50,965 nucleotides of DNA from a virus (IMGVR_UViG_3300027956_000012:1-50965), one strand, 5' to 3'; positions 18,253 through 27,056 are shown, counted from the stretch's first letter. Numbers and translations are program-made. Notes: generated from the sequence alone by a model not told the origin.

Positions 18253-19224
18253 TTATGCAATAGCCGAAATAACAAAATCTCGTCCACCGAATCGCTCTTT
18301 AAGAGCAGCACTGACAGTGCGACAATCGGGACTGACACCTTCCATATGATAGATTCCAGTAGTCTGATTAGTCATTTTAAGATAAGGAGCATAGCTCAAA
18401 CCATCAAACATATTACTCATATCATACAACTCATACTCACTCTTATGCCACCAATCATGAGTAGTCTTATCATATTTCTCATAAGAGTCAACAAGCTTAC
18501 CACTATCTAAGAAGCGTTCAATACCAACCTTACGAACAAACTCTGCACGAACATCAGCATTTGTGATTGAGTGATATTGTTGCAAATCGAGCTTCTCTGC
18601 ATCAGTCTCAGCAAGCTCTTGAGGAACACGAACACCGTTAAGAGAATAAATCATAAGGTCTCCCATACCGTCATAGACAAGTGCAGGACCGCCGTCACGA
18701 TGCAGCACACGAGCTTCGTTGAGATGAATCTCCAATGGTTTTTCAGACACGATGGTCATAGCAGCCAATGGATAGATACAACCAAGCTGAGAGGTCGCTT
18801 CCCATGTCTTATACTTTGCCCAAAGTTCAGCGTTAAATTCAACACCTATAACTTCAAGCATATAGTCATAGAACGAGAATGAAGCAGCAAAGAATGAACC
18901 CGTTTGCCATGGCATTGTGGCCTTGGGAATTTCGCGTTTCTTAGGATTGCCATTAAAGACCAATACCATCTCTGCAGGAATGTCTTCAAACGCTACGTCT
19001 TGAAGAGCGAGAGCAGATGCTACCCAACCCTCAATAGGATTCTTTACAACGAGCAACGGGACATCAACTTCCAAGTTGATAAGCTTACGAAAGCCATCAA
19101 CTGTTTTACGAGTTGTTGTAGTATCCAGCCGATCGGTATTTGTACCAATCTCAATCCACTTATCGACATACTCAGGCATCTTTGCCTTTTGCTCATCAGT
19201 CAACTCAGTAATCTTTTCTTTCAT
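18253..19224 (-). CDS. DUF6745-like protein
   Basis: LTDEQ..MPEY..KWI, FYDY, VSEKP..IH....LHRDGGPAL...G...Y..NGVRVP, NADVR, GIERF. Confidence 0.75.
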   Translation of the reverse strand: MKEKITELTDEQKAKMPEYVDKWIEIGTNTDRLDTTTTRKTVDGFRKLINLEVDVPLLVVKNPIEGWVASALALQDVAFEDIPAEMVLVFNGNPKKREIPKATMPWQTGSFFAASFSFYDYMLEVIGVEFNAELWAKYKTWEATSQLGCIYPLAAMTIVSEKPLEIHLNEARVLHRDGGPALVYDGMGDLMIYSLNGVRVPQELAETDAEKLDLQQYHSITNADVRAEFVRKVGIERFLDSGKLVDSYEKYDKTTHDWWHKSEYELYDMSNMFDGLSYAPYLKMTNQTTGIYHMEGVSPDCRTVSAALKERFGGRDFVISAIA

Positions 19225-19239
19225 AATATAAATTTGTGA

Positions 19240-19590
19240 TTAGTCACGAACTGCACGCAGGTTTTGTGCAAAGTGATCATACTCTTGTTGGATTCCAAAT
19301 TCCCAAGTGCCTGGAGCGATGGTAATAGCTGAGTGACGATCCTTGAGAACGCAGCGCACTGCAGTCTTTTTATCGTTCTGCATATACGTAGTTCCCTTTT
19401 TACTCTTGAAGAAACGAACACCAGGTACAGCATCAATAACATGATGGTTGCCAGTAGTTTCGCTATCTGCAATAATGTGATACTCCTTGTTGGATGGAGT
19501 GATTTCGGTTACATCTTCTGGAAGTATCGATCCGAAGATCATTGCTTCACCATGAAGAATGCATTGTTGTTGTTTGTTTTTTTCGTTCAT
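19240..19590 (-). CDS. Conserved His-rich phage protein, usual upstream partner of DUF6745
   Basis: HGE...IADSETTGNHH...H..I....G.W....QQEYD....RAVRD. Confidence 0.75.
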   Translation of the reverse strand: MNEKNKQQQCILHGEAMIFGSILPEDVTEITPSNKEYHIIADSETTGNHHVIDAVPGVRFFKSKKGTTYMQNDKKTAVRCVLKDRHSAITIAPGTWEFGIQQEYDHFAQNLRAVRD

Positions 19591-19619
19591 GAGATTATTA
19601 TATTATAGTTCCTTTTAAA

Positions 19620-19708
19620 TGGTGAGAGTGGAGGGATTCGAACCCCCAAACCAATCCGATTACAGTATTATAAAGGCACGACTTAGAAGGTCGCTCTGTT
19701 ACACTCCC
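19620..19708 (-). ncRNA. D-arm-less tRNA-like RNA with Arg (TCT) anticodon loop and 30-nt extra region
   Basis: Acceptor GGGAGTG/CACTCTC-ACCA, arm GCGAC-CTTCTAA-GTCGT, canonical T-arm; only 7 nt where the D-arm belongs. Confidence 0.75.
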
Positions 19709-19715
19709 ATATATG

Positions 19716-20339
19716 TTATTTAACGTAGAATTTTTTAAGGACTACTTTCTCGATACCGATATTACGATCATAAATCTCTTTTGCAAGCTTATTTCTGATC
19801 CAATTACGTTTAAAATTATTTTCACTATTTGTAGGATCTTCAACAATATACTTCATTAAATCATTTTCATTAACATAATTAATAAAATCTTGTTTGGTTG
19901 TTGTTAGAAAGGGATGAAAGATAGTGAAATTATCAAATGCTGTACTCTCTTGAATAGGCTTATACTCAGGTGTACCTTTAAGGCAGTTATCAAGATAATT
20001 CTCTACACAGTCGTTAAGGTGATGCGCGGTAATGAAATTACCACCAATTTCACTCATAGCAGACAATCTAAACTCTCTAAGACCGTTTTCAGATAGATCT
20101 TTATAGTAAACATCTTTTCTTGTAAAGACGCAATAATCAAGAATATCAAAATTTTTAGCGAATGAACTTACAGCATCTTCCATTGCAGCATTAGCTTCTT
20201 GAACATTATGATTAAAGTGTAAAATAGAAAACTCTTTTCGATATTTCACTTTAAGCCAGTGTGCTGCCGCAATACTATCAATTCCACCTGAGATAAGAAC
20301 GGTAAAAGGCTCTTTTGGTAACTGTAAGCATTTGATCAT
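19716..20339 (-). CDS. tilS: tRNA(Ile)-lysidine synthetase, catalytic domain only
   Basis: SGGIDS PP-loop, HFNH, TAHHLND, HPFL, EDPTN, RNWIR. Confidence 0.9.
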   Translation of the reverse strand: MIKCLQLPKEPFTVLISGGIDSIAAAHWLKVKYRKEFSILHFNHNVQEANAAMEDAVSSFAKNFDILDYCVFTRKDVYYKDLSENGLREFRLSAMSEIGGNFITAHHLNDCVENYLDNCLKGTPEYKPIQESTAFDNFTIFHPFLTTTKQDFINYVNENDLMKYIVEDPTNSENNFKRNWIRNKLAKEIYDRNIGIEKVVLKKFYVK

Positions 20340-20406
20340 GTCTAATTATATTGAAGTTCCTTTGAAAAGAGCGTAGGTTATATTGTCCGTTGGACTAAAT
20401 ATTAAT

Positions 20407-20853
20407 ATGAAAGATACTGATAAACGTTTAGAAGATCCTAGGATTAAAGGAGATATTGCTGAAAAGCTTTTTGAGTTAGAATGTATTAAGCGAGGTATTG
20501 AGCTTTTTATCCCGAGCACGGCCGGCGGTAGAATCGATTATGTTACATACACTAACAATACTTTTCAAAAAGTTCAAATTAAATATATTAGCTCTTATAA
20601 TAATACCATTCAGATATCATTTACAAAGCCTCAAAACGGTCGAAGAGATCAAGACGGTAAGCCTATTTATAAAAAATACAGTTCAGATGAAATAGATTTA
20701 TTTTTAGTGTACTGTCCTGATACAAATCAATGGTATAATATACCTATGTCTATTGCTGATAAGCAGCGAGGTATATCTTTACGTTTATCAAATGAACCAC
20801 CAAAGAATAATAATATGGCTATGGCTAATTTTGCTAGAGATTATATTTGGTAG
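20407..20853 (+). CDS. PD-(D/E)XK homing endonuclease (I-Ssp6803I-like), free-standing
   Basis: KGDIAE...IDYV...KVQIK...YSSDEIDLFLVY; TAAATA upstream. Confidence 0.8.
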   Translation: MKDTDKRLEDPRIKGDIAEKLFELECIKRGIELFIPSTAGGRIDYVTYTNNTFQKVQIKYISSYNNTIQISFTKPQNGRRDQDGKPIYKKYSSDEIDLFLVYCPDTNQWYNIPMSIADKQRGISLRLSNEPPKNNNMAMANFARDYIW

Positions 20854-20922
20854 GGCGACTGTGACTCGAACACAGAATGAGAGCTTATGAAGCACCTGTT
20901 ATTACCTTTTAACTACCGCCCC
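20848..20922 (-). tRNA. tRNA with CAT anticodon, probably tRNA-Ile2
   Basis: Cloverleaf with CCA; loop TTCATAA; co-oriented with and close to tilS. Confidence 0.85.
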
Positions 20923-20926
20923 ATTA

Positions 20927-20952
20927 AAGCCTTTTAATGACATGCTCAGGTC
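20927..20952 (-). promoter_or_regulatory. Compact H-type pseudoknot RNA element, copy 2
   Basis: GAC-CT-GAGC-AT-GTC-ATTAAAAG-GCTT between a GGAAC promoter and the tRNA. Confidence 0.5.
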
Positions 20953-20975
20953 GTATCTAATTATAATAAAGTTCC

Positions 20976-21173
20976 TTATGTGGAAGCTTTAGCTTCTTTA
21001 CGAGCATTCTTCTCTGCAGTAATTTCATTACGACGAGCTTTAGCTACAGCAATGATTTCTTGCAACGCTTTACGAGCACGAGTTGATGCAGATGCATTAC
21101 CTTTAATAAATTTCTCATCATCTACAGAGAAAATACCAGCAAGTTCAATTAGTTGTTCTGTTGTCTTAGTCAT
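20976..21173 (-). CDS. Histone H1-like (Hc1-family) protein
   Basis: KF.KGNASASTRARKALQE.....K.RR.EI. Confidence 0.75.
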   Translation of the reverse strand: MTKTTEQLIELAGIFSVDDEKFIKGNASASTRARKALQEIIAVAKARRNEITAEKNARKEAKAST

Positions 21174-21357
21174 ATATTAATATTGTAAAGTATAATTTGT
21201 TTTAATCAAGATGTTTTTAGATACCATCACCTTTTATTTTAAATAATTTCTTTTTAGCTTTTAAACGTTTTATAATATCTCTTTTTTCTTTCCTCGTTAA
21301 ACGCTTTTTAAATATTAGACGAATAAGAGATAAGAATATATTCATGATACACAATAT

Positions 21358-21624
21358 TTATGATAAAATATTGCATGAGTATCTGAATTTGCTAAGTATG
21401 CGTTGAAACGCTTTATCGTCTTCTGTTGCAGTTCTAATATGAATATGATCAGTAAATGAATGTGACGTATAACATACTTCATCACGAATAAGATCACCAC
21501 TTGCTTCATCGATATAAGCGTCTTCTGGCCAATTCATTACACGTTTAAGCGTCTTCAGAGTTATATCAATCTGATCTTTATCGCTTAGTTCAATTTCAAT
21601 TAAAGCTTTACCTTTTACGTTCAT
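21358..21624 (-). CDS. Hypothetical protein
   Basis: ORF with GGAAC promoter. Confidence 0.7.
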   Translation of the reverse strand: MNVKGKALIEIELSDKDQIDITLKTLKRVMNWPEDAYIDEASGDLIRDEVCYTSHSFTDHIHIRTATEDDKAFQRILSKFRYSCNILS

Positions 21625-21647
21625 ACCTAATTATATTAAAGTTCCGT

Positions 21648-22004
21648 TTACAATATTAGTTCTTTATGGTTGTAGTTTTGTGTAATGTGATATTCAAGTC
21701 GCATAAATGCTCCTTTATTAAATCTATCTACTGAACACTCTAACGCAATATAAGAATCGATATCAAAAAGAATTTGGTTATCGGTATTCATAATCATAAA
21801 CTTAGGTATATGCTTTTGCTCGCACATTGCTTGCATAGTTCGATTCTTGCTAGGAAACCCTAGAATCTCAAAGCCTACTTCCTTACAGTTGCTGTCCCAA
21901 GTTATAATAGCTTTCTTATCGAGAAGGATACCAAACTTGTTAGCAATAGCTCTAAGATCTACTGTAAGTTTATCGATGTGTTGCTTTTTTGTTAAATTTT
22001 CCAT
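21648..22004 (-). CDS. Hypothetical protein
   Basis: Overlapping co-oriented ORF. Confidence 0.65.
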   Translation of the reverse strand: MENLTKKQHIDKLTVDLRAIANKFGILLDKKAIITWDSNCKEVGFEILGFPSKNRTMQAMCEQKHIPKFMIMNTDNQILFDIDSYIALECSVDRFNKGAFMRLEYHITQNYNHKELIL

Positions 22005-22339
22005 TTTCCTACCGTTCTAAGTAAAGCTTCAGTATGCTCTTCGCATGTAGCAAAATGCAAATCAATATCTGAAGTCATAGGAGAACCTACTTTATTTGTA
22101 GGCATTCTACGACTAACAATATCTCTCAATATACCAATCCATTTAACTCTAGTTTTGAGATCTTTTACGATGATCTCTTTTGCTCTCTGTATAGCATCTA
22201 AACTACGTAATGGGTTTGGAGCAATAGTATACTTGTTACCTTTCGGGCAAGTTCCACGGAGAGCTTTAAGATTTATCTTTTTAAGATCAGTCCATCCTAA
22301 AGATTCGAGTAAGTTGATTCTTTGTTCTTCTAGAGTCAT
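21992..22339 (-). CDS. Hypothetical protein
   Basis: 115-aa ORF. Confidence 0.7.
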   Translation of the reverse strand: MTLEEQRINLLESLGWTDLKKINLKALRGTCPKGNKYTIAPNPLRSLDAIQRAKEIIVKDLKTRVKWIGILRDIVSRRMPTNKVGSPMTSDIDLHFATCEEHTEALLRTVGKWKI

Positions 22340-22385
22340 CGTTTATCTTCGGTTAAATATCTTTTTTATTCGCTACTATACTAGT

Positions 22386-22598
22386 TTAACTTTTTTCTCT
22401 AGCCTCTCTCCATCGTCTCAATGCTTCTGATATTTCTTCATTAAACATCCAAGTAACAGAATTACTACATGAAGAAAGTTCAACAGCGAGTGCGTCTGCA
22501 ATTTCTCGTTCCTCTTGAAGCTGTTTCTCAAGCCCTTCAATATACTCATTTCTAGAAATTGTTACATCATTTAGTTGCTTTACATCTGCACTTTTCAT
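22386..22598 (-). CDS. Hypothetical coiled-coil protein
   Basis: ATGA overlap. Confidence 0.65.
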   Translation of the reverse strand: MKSADVKQLNDVTISRNEYIEGLEKQLQEEREIADALAVELSSCSNSVTWMFNEEISEALRRWREAREKS

Positions 22599-22795
22599 TT
22601 TTGTTTTTTATCTGTAACAACGATCCAACCATACCATTTACGAACTGCTCTTGCTGAGAAGATTCCTGTACGTCTAAGACGATGAGCTTCACGATCTGCT
22701 GTTATCCATCTAAAAGGTCTAATTAACCATAAAGGGCTTAAAACAAAACATAAAACAATTATAAATTCAATGATTCTCTGGGTACTAGCGCTCAT
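22595..22795 (-). CDS. Small membrane protein
   Basis: N-terminal hydrophobic segment. Confidence 0.6.
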   Translation of the reverse strand: MSASTQRIIEFIIVLCFVLSPLWLIRPFRWITADREAHRLRRTGIFSARAVRKWYGWIVVTDKKQK

Positions 22796-22809
22796 ATTAT
22801 TTTAATTGG

Positions 22810-23208
22810 TTATTTACAAATATATCTTTGACCATTATAATACCATAACTTCTTATAGCCAATATTTTTAAGTAAAGCTTGGCAATTTTCACAAGGTTTA
22901 GATACAGCAACTCTATCACCGTTATCAATACGAACATTAACGAAGGTAAGGTGTGAGCAATCTTCAATACCCATCTTAATAAGTGCGGAGCACTCTGAGT
23001 GAATACCTGCTCTATAACTACCTGCTTGATATTTGGATTTGTAGTGACCAAATTTATGATACCTATGCTGCTTTGAGTAATCGTTATTCGCAATACACAC
23101 TAGCTTCTTTTTATTAAAGACAAATGTTGTGTGGAATGCTCTACCGGTTTGATGAAAAGGTTTGAGAGCTCGAGTAATCGTTTCGAGTTTCTGAAAGTTA
23201 ATTGCCAT
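22810..23208 (-). CDS. Cytidine/dCMP deaminase-fold Zn protein
   Basis: HSE...SKPCENC. Confidence 0.8.
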   Translation of the reverse strand: MAINFQKLETITRALKPFHQTGRAFHTTFVFNKKKLVCIANNDYSKQHRYHKFGHYKSKYQAGSYRAGIHSECSALIKMGIEDCSHLTFVNVRIDNGDRVAVSKPCENCQALLKNIGYKKLWYYNGQRYICK

Positions 23209-23257
23209 TGTTGGTATAACTTATTATATGAGAGTTCCTGTACTTGTCTAGTTTATT

Positions 23258-23998
23258 TCATTTAATCTTTATATATTTAACGTTTATAAACTTTGTAATT
23301 TTTTTAGACTCGTTAATAATTATACCATTATTCATTTGTTCTTCTATATCGGCGACAGATAATCTAACTATTTTATTTTTGGTATTATCCCAAACCTGTT
23401 TACGACCTTTACATTTACCGCAATCTCTACCTTTTCTATTTTCGCTCATTTTGCGTTTATGTTCATCGGAAAGCTTTCTACCTGTAAGAGCTTTTGATCG
23501 CTTGAGTGATACCTCTTTTCCTTTCTCATCGCCATATATTTCTGAATACGTCTTACCAATTCTACTCTTATTATATTTTTTTAATGATTCTGTTTGTAAA
23601 GGGTATAGTTTTGATCTTATTTTAGCTGATTCACTTAATTTCACCCTCTCTTTTTCAGTAAGTATTCTACCTTTGTTTGTATCAGGATGAAATCCGCCTA
23701 TACCACCCGGTTTATCATTGTAGCAGTTCTTATTGGTAATGTCAATCAATTCCTTTTCTTTTTTATATGCGTCAACTTCATTATCAAAACTATGTATTAC
23801 TTCTGTAATAAATGCATCATCACCATACTTTCGAAACGCTCTAAATAGTCTTGTATCTAATTGCTCGCGTAATTTTCGACCTCTATAATGTCCACATCCC
23901 ATATAACCGTCATCAAGATTTTTAGTGCGGTGTACACCTATATAAAACTTTTTATTTACTGTGTTAGTAGTTATATAAACATTATACATATATTCCAT
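23258..23998 (-). CDS. GIY-YIG homing endonuclease with NUMOD3-like repeats (Seg-like)
   Basis: VYITTN...FYIGVH...YMGCG; LSDEHKRKMSE; TATAAATA at 24004-24011. Confidence 0.9.
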   Translation of the reverse strand: MEYMYNVYITTNTVNKKFYIGVHRTKNLDDGYMGCGHYRGRKLREQLDTRLFRAFRKYGDDAFITEVIHSFDNEVDAYKKEKELIDITNKNCYNDKPGGIGGFHPDTNKGRILTEKERVKLSESAKIRSKLYPLQTESLKKYNKSRIGKTYSEIYGDEKGKEVSLKRSKALTGRKLSDEHKRKMSENRKGRDCGKCKGRKQVWDNTKNKIVRLSVADIEEQMNNGIIINESKKITKFINVKYIKIK

Positions 23999-24022
23999 AC
24001 GTATATTTATACCTTTATGCCG

Positions 24023-24256
24023 CTATTTGCAATGTCTGTAGTTTAAAAATCTCTGAGCGGCCTTAGCTGTGTTGTTACCTTTGTTCTTCTGCTTTGACTT
24101 TAACGCTTTAGCTTTAGAGCATGTCATCTTACCTTTAACCTGACGCTTTAATATGCCTGGTCTTACTGGCTTGTGTATATTTTCTTCATCCTCTACACAA
24201 TTACTGTCTAGTCGTGTCCTGGTATATTCGAGGAAGTATTGCGTAAAGGCTTTCAT
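24023..24256 (-). CDS. Small basic late protein with CTS-like N-terminus
   Basis: MKAFTQYFLE. Confidence 0.7.
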   Translation of the reverse strand: MKAFTQYFLEYTRTRLDSNCVEDEENIHKPVRPGILKRQVKGKMTCSKAKALKSKQKNKGNNTAKAAQRFLNYRHCK

Positions 24257-24615
24257 TTGATCTTAATACTACCTGGTTTAACGCATCGTATATACTGCTC
24301 CCCATATGCTTCCATTTCCCCAGAGATAAATTGAAATTGTTTTTGTGAAATAGAGTCAAGATCTTTAAGCTTATCGTATGCTGCTTTATACTTAGCTTTA
24401 AAGAGTTCTGCGCTATTATCTTTTGCAGCCCACTTTAGACCTTCAGCATAAGGTTTAACTTTGCCAGCAAAGTGAAAGGCGGTTAGTATTGCATAACCAC
24501 CTTTCTTCTCTGCGCTAGCTTGTATCTTTGCAGCACCTGCTGCTCTTTTCTTTATGAATGTAATAAACTCGTCTGTTGTGTCTATTAATTTTTCGAAAAG
24601 AGTAGTAAATTGCAT
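24253..24615 (-). CDS. Late protein with CTS-like N-terminus
   Basis: TATAAATA at 24621-24628, start MQFTTLFE. Confidence 0.7.
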   Translation of the reverse strand: MQFTTLFEKLIDTTDEFITFIKKRAAGAAKIQASAEKKGGYAILTAFHFAGKVKPYAEGLKWAAKDNSAELFKAKYKAAYDKLKDLDSISQKQFQFISGEMEAYGEQYIRCVKPGSIKIK

Positions 24616-24619
24616 GTAA

Positions 24620-25645
24620 TTATTTATAGATATCGACCAAACTAAATTCAAGAACTGGTCCTTTTACGAACATTTCACCTGCAACTTTATTAAGAGCTGT
24701 AGAGGCTTGTGCACCGATAACATCGCGTTGATGTGATGCAAGGTTCGTAGCAAGATTGAAAACATCATAGAGGTTCTCGTTCGTATACATAAAGCGTTGA
24801 CGTTTTGCGCTGATATCTTTCATTACATAACCACGCTCTGAAAAGTCTTGTACCATGCTATCATAGTTAGGGAAGAATGCTTGACGATCTTCTTTCTTAA
24901 GCTCGTTAGCAACTGCGTTAACCTCATATAGAGATGCACGACTATTACGAAGCTTATCAACACGAGGACGTACAGCATTAATAACATCGCGGTTACTTGA
25001 ATACTTAATGAACTGCTTACCGATATTGCTACTAGCGCTATCTAAGCGGTAAGCAACATTTTGTCGTGTGGTCATTCCGTTTGTGCAGATAAGACGGTTG
25101 AAGAATTGTTTAAATTGTTGATTCATTAAACCGACTGTCGTCGATGTACCAAAATTCCAAAGATCACCGAAGCCGCAATCAATTTCATCCGTATTAATAG
25201 CGTTTACTTCTACTTCACACGTATCAGGGTTAAAGACAATATTCTGGAAGTTATGAACTGCACTACCAGTAATAGAGTTCATAAGTTGATCGATACGGTT
25301 ATCGAAGTTAATCTGTGTTGGTTCTTTTACCTTTGACTTTACTAGTGTAACAATATTATCATCACTATCAACAATAGCAGAGAATTGCTTTGTCTTGTCG
25401 ATGTTATTAATTGCAGAGCGAATAACACCCCAGTTTTCTTCAGGCTTAGCAAAGATATCTTTAGAGAGGTTACTACGAATGCCGAGAGCTTCCATGATAG
25501 ATTTATTGTTCTTCGCAGCGAAACGGTCGTTGATAACGAGCGTTGATTGATTATGCTGTGTAAAGCATGAGATGTCACGTGCTGTAAAAGGAATTACAGT
25601 ATGAGTTTTAACAGTGTTTTTAATTTCGTCAATAGTTGATGTCAT
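24620..25645 (-). CDS. DUF932-like protein
   Basis: RLICTNGM motif; NLYDVFNLAT. Confidence 0.6.
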   Translation of the reverse strand: MTSTIDEIKNTVKTHTVIPFTARDISCFTQHNQSTLVINDRFAAKNNKSIMEALGIRSNLSKDIFAKPEENWGVIRSAINNIDKTKQFSAIVDSDDNIVTLVKSKVKEPTQINFDNRIDQLMNSITGSAVHNFQNIVFNPDTCEVEVNAINTDEIDCGFGDLWNFGTSTTVGLMNQQFKQFFNRLICTNGMTTRQNVAYRLDSASSNIGKQFIKYSSNRDVINAVRPRVDKLRNSRASLYEVNAVANELKKEDRQAFFPNYDSMVQDFSERGYVMKDISAKRQRFMYTNENLYDVFNLATNLASHQRDVIGAQASTALNKVAGEMFVKGPVLEFSLVDIYK

Positions 25646-25704
25646 AATTTAATTTTGATTACTCCTAATTATAACATAGTTCCCTTTGCAGATCAACTAA
25701 AAAA

Positions 25705-25779
25705 TGGTACACTCGGTTGGTTACGATCCAACGACCCTCACCTTATCAAGGAGATGCTCTACCACTGAGCTACGAGTGT
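25705..25779 (-). tRNA. tRNA-Ile(GAT)
   Basis: Cloverleaf, loop TTGATAA, CCA; U29-U41 mismatch; T-loop ATCGTAA. Confidence 0.9.
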
Positions 25780-25785
25780 AAAAGA

Positions 25786-25857
25786 AGCCTCCTGTCAGAT
25801 TCAAACTGACGACCTTCTCGTTACAAATGAGATGCACTATCGCTGTGCTAAGGAGGC
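25786..25857 (-). tRNA. tRNA-Thr(TGT), divergent copy without CCA
   Basis: Loop TTTGTAA; A31-C39 mismatch; no D-loop GG; T-loop TTTGAAT. Confidence 0.8.
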
Positions 25858-25881
25858 GTTAAGGAGGTGTTAAGAATATTA

Positions 25882-26250
25882 TTATTCTGTATCATATTTT
25901 GCAGCATCATACAAAGTCATAGGTACACCACTTTTAGCTAATTCTTCACGTACCAGTTCATCTATTTTTCGAATATAATAAACAATGTTAGGATTACTAC
26001 CTCTATACAACATTTCTAGATCTATAAGACCGTAGTTAAATAAATTATGCGTTTCAGGTATTCTTATACCACCGTTTCTTAACTCTCGCTCTTCTTGTTC
26101 TTCAAAATAAAAACTAAGACCATTCTTAGCACTATGCCAATTCGGTTTCCATGAGCTATTTGTATAGTATTGTGGTAGTTCGTAACCGGAACGAACGTCA
26201 GCTTTGTTTGGATCAAACTCTACAAATATATCTAGATAACTATATCGCAT
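25882..26250 (-). CDS. Hypothetical late protein, possible ExHPFFN family member
   Basis: AATAAATA upstream; motif ETHNLFN. Confidence 0.65.
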   Translation of the reverse strand: MRYSYLDIFVEFDPNKADVRSGYELPQYYTNSSWKPNWHSAKNGLSFYFEEQEERELRNGGIRIPETHNLFNYGLIDLEMLYRGSNPNIVYYIRKIDELVREELAKSGVPMTLYDAAKYDTE

Positions 26251-26315
26251 GTTTTTATTTATTCAATACTAAAATAAAGTGGCACACCTAGTTGAAAGAC
26301 TTTATTTTTTAAAAA

Positions 26316-26391
26316 TGGAGCCTCCTGTCCGATTCGAACGGACGACATCAGAATTACAAATTCTGCGCTCTACCAACTGAGCTAAGAAGGC
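26316..26391 (-). tRNA. tRNA-Thr(TGT)
   Basis: Canonical 76-nt cloverleaf with CCA. Confidence 0.95.
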
Positions 26392-26410
26392 TTATAAAAT
26401 TATTTGCGAA

Positions 26411-27055
26411 CTAAACTTTACCTCTTTTCTTTCCGTTTTGCGGAATAAAGTTAGTAAGATACTTAGAAAAGGATTTAACAAGATTAGGTTGTGAATATTT
26501 ATAACCTGCACGTTGTACACCATTAAATCCTTCCTTGCAGTATATAATATATAAATCGCTTAGTTCTTTTTGTTTGTTTAAAAATTTGAGATGTATACTC
26601 TGTTGTATCTGCTTTTTTTTCGCTTCTTTTGCTTTAGCTGTATGATATGAAATAATTCTACCTCTTTTCCAACCTAGAGGTATTTCATTTACAGTTTTTT
26701 TTTCTTCTATACCGTTCGTAATCCAAAAAGTACCAGATTGTGAATTATTTAAACCACTCTGTGAAACCGATTGAGCTATACTAAACTTTCTTCTCAGCCA
26801 CCCATACATTTTGTTGTTTAGTCTATTAGGTATCATCATTGCAGCAGCTCTAATTAATTTATAGTTATTAGGATAAATTTTGACTAATAATTGATGTGCT
26901 ATATAATGCTCTTCTGGTGTGAGATCAACAAGATTGCTTTTTTCGTCTAAGCCGCCCATACATCTTGGAATAATATGATGAACTTCCTTATATCCCTTTA
27001 GAGTTCTTTCCTTTCCTCTTGTTATAAGTTTGTCGTATATAAGCTCGTAATTCAT
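26411..27055 (-). CDS. HNH homing endonuclease (Mob-like), free-standing
   Basis: EVHHIIPRCMGG...NLVDLTPEEHYIAHQLL; WITNG. Confidence 0.9.
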   Translation of the reverse strand: MNYELIYDKLITRGKERTLKGYKEVHHIIPRCMGGLDEKSNLVDLTPEEHYIAHQLLVKIYPNNYKLIRAAAMMIPNRLNNKMYGWLRRKFSIAQSVSQSGLNNSQSGTFWITNGIEEKKTVNEIPLGWKRGRIISYHTAKAKEAKKKQIQQSIHLKFLNKQKELSDLYIIYCKEGFNGVQRAGYKYSQPNLVKSFSKYLTNFIPQNGKKRGKV

Positions 27056-27056
27056 T

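Noticed and set aside
516-19608. Plus-strand shadow ORFs such as 9157..9843, 3050..3457, 18073..18510
   Set aside because: Antisense to well-supported genes; explained by codon bias or repeats
19620-19708. Amber suppressor tRNA or TAG recoding
   Set aside because: The centred triplet in CTTCTAA is TCT; TAG ends several intact genes and long ORFs are unbroken under the standard code
26278-26300. tRNA 3'-end-like fragment (...AGGTGTGCCA)
   Set aside because: No matching 5' strand or T-arm; too short to support
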